From positions 144,468 through 168,467 of the forward strand of contig NZ_JAGOMQ010000003.1 of NCBI RefSeq assembly GCF_017993425.1: 24,000 bases of DNA, read 5' to 3'. Positions within the stretch are counted from its first letter, which is position 1; every line of letters starts with the position of its first letter. Shown piece by piece: positions 23,603 through 24,000 of the stretch. Below the pieces are notes generated by a model. That model saw only the letters and a list, made by a program, of their open reading frames with translations. It did not search any database and was not told where the DNA came from. The DNA comes from Amaricoccus sp. (lineage in GTDB: Bacteria; Pseudomonadota; Alphaproteobacteria; Rhodobacterales; Rhodobacteraceae). Made by a program: the position numbers and the translations under genes.

Positions 23603-24000
23603 ATGTCGATCAACAACAGCCGTGACTACATTGCGTACCTGGAAACATTATTTGGCGGCATCGTCACCGATCACCTCGTGGCGGGGCGGAACATTCAGCT
23701 CGTGTCCGGCACATACACACAGCCGGATTTGCCGGATTTTCCCAACTTTGACACCGTTACCTTCGAAGGAACGGCGAGAAGCGACACGCTGTTCGGTGGG
23801 GGAGGCGAATATGCTGCTTTCTTTCTCGGCACGGCCGGCGACGATCTCTATGGCGCCTTTATCGAAACAGGAGGATTAGGCTTCGTCGATTACAGCGGCG
23901 CGAAGGGAGGCGTCCGGGTCGATCTGAGCTATACCGGAAGCCGCACCTTCACCGACGCCGACGGAGAGGTCCGGACCGTGGATATCCACGGAAAGGCGCG
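23603..24000 (+). CDS. RTX-like (hemolysin-type calcium-binding repeat) protein, N-terminal part; continues past window end
   Basis: This is my own translation; the ORF is not in the track because it has no stop in the window. ATG 23603 has GGAG 7 nt upstream. It reads MSINNSRDYIAYLETLFGGIVTDHLVAGRNIQLVSGTYTQPDLPDFPNFDTVTFEGTARSDTLFGGGGEYAAFFLGTAGDDLYGAFIETGGLGFVDYSGAKGGVRVDLSYTGSRTFTDADGEVRTVDIHGKA with no stop. GTAGDDLYG and DYSGAKGGVRVDL are typical RTX-protein patterns. Confidence 0.45.
   Translation, partial: MSINNSRDYIAYLETLFGGIVTDHLVAGRNIQLVSGTYTQPDLPDFPNFDTVTFEGTARSDTLFGGGGEYAAFFLGTAGDDLYGAFIETGGLGFVDYSGAKGGVRVDLSYTGSRTFTDADGEVRTVDIHGKA

Noticed and set aside
23622-23879. 85-aa track ORF near the window end
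   Set aside because: It is out of frame with the longer open reading frame from 23603, which has an RBS and RTX-like motifs. Its translation has no recognisable features.
1-24000. CRISPR arrays, toxin-antitoxin pairs, restriction/defence genes, prophage or integron structures
   Set aside because: I looked for regularly spaced direct repeats and for small paired ORFs in every intergenic gap and found none. The only repeats are the operator copies and short local palindromes reported above.

Overview
Very GC-rich proteobacterial chromosome segment. It looks alphaproteobacterial, but the taxon cannot be determined from this window. About 80% of the window is one phenylacetate (PAA) catabolic cluster, arranged as three transcription units around a TetR-type regulator. 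(i) Minus strand: paaN plus a Liv-type ABC importer (binding protein, two permeases, ATPase), running 4891->1 and off the window. (ii) Plus strand: paaG-paaI-paaK (5019-7605), followed by paaR (7702-8301). (iii) A long minus-strand unit, 19542->8495: paaJ-paaA-[148-nt spacer]-paaB-paaC-paaD-paaE-(extra ferritin-like gene)-paaZ-pac-paaY. To the right lie tRNA-Val(TAC), an AEC-family transporter, tRNA-Val(CAC), rplT-rpmI, a LuxR-type regulator, a frame-ambiguous small lipoprotein-like ORF, and the 5' end of an RTX-like gene with atypical composition. I saw no CRISPR array, no intact mobile element and no defence-type genes, and I do not see a wholly new system. The items worth follow-up are unusual additions to a known pathway. 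First, an 18-nt identical palindromic box in both main paa promoters, with a degenerate third copy before paaR (candidate PaaR operator). Second, a true penicillin-G-acylase orthologue placed inside the paa operon. Third, an extra PaaA/PaaC-like ferritin-fold gene between paaE and paaZ. Fourth, an AT-rich, palindrome-bearing 148-nt spacer splitting paaA from paaB. Fifth, both PaaZ and a stand-alone PaaN aldehyde dehydrogenase are present. Many long Arg/Gly/Pro-rich ORFs in the track are antisense shadow ORFs typical of high-GC DNA and were rejected. Coordinates of internal starts follow the ORF-track frames.
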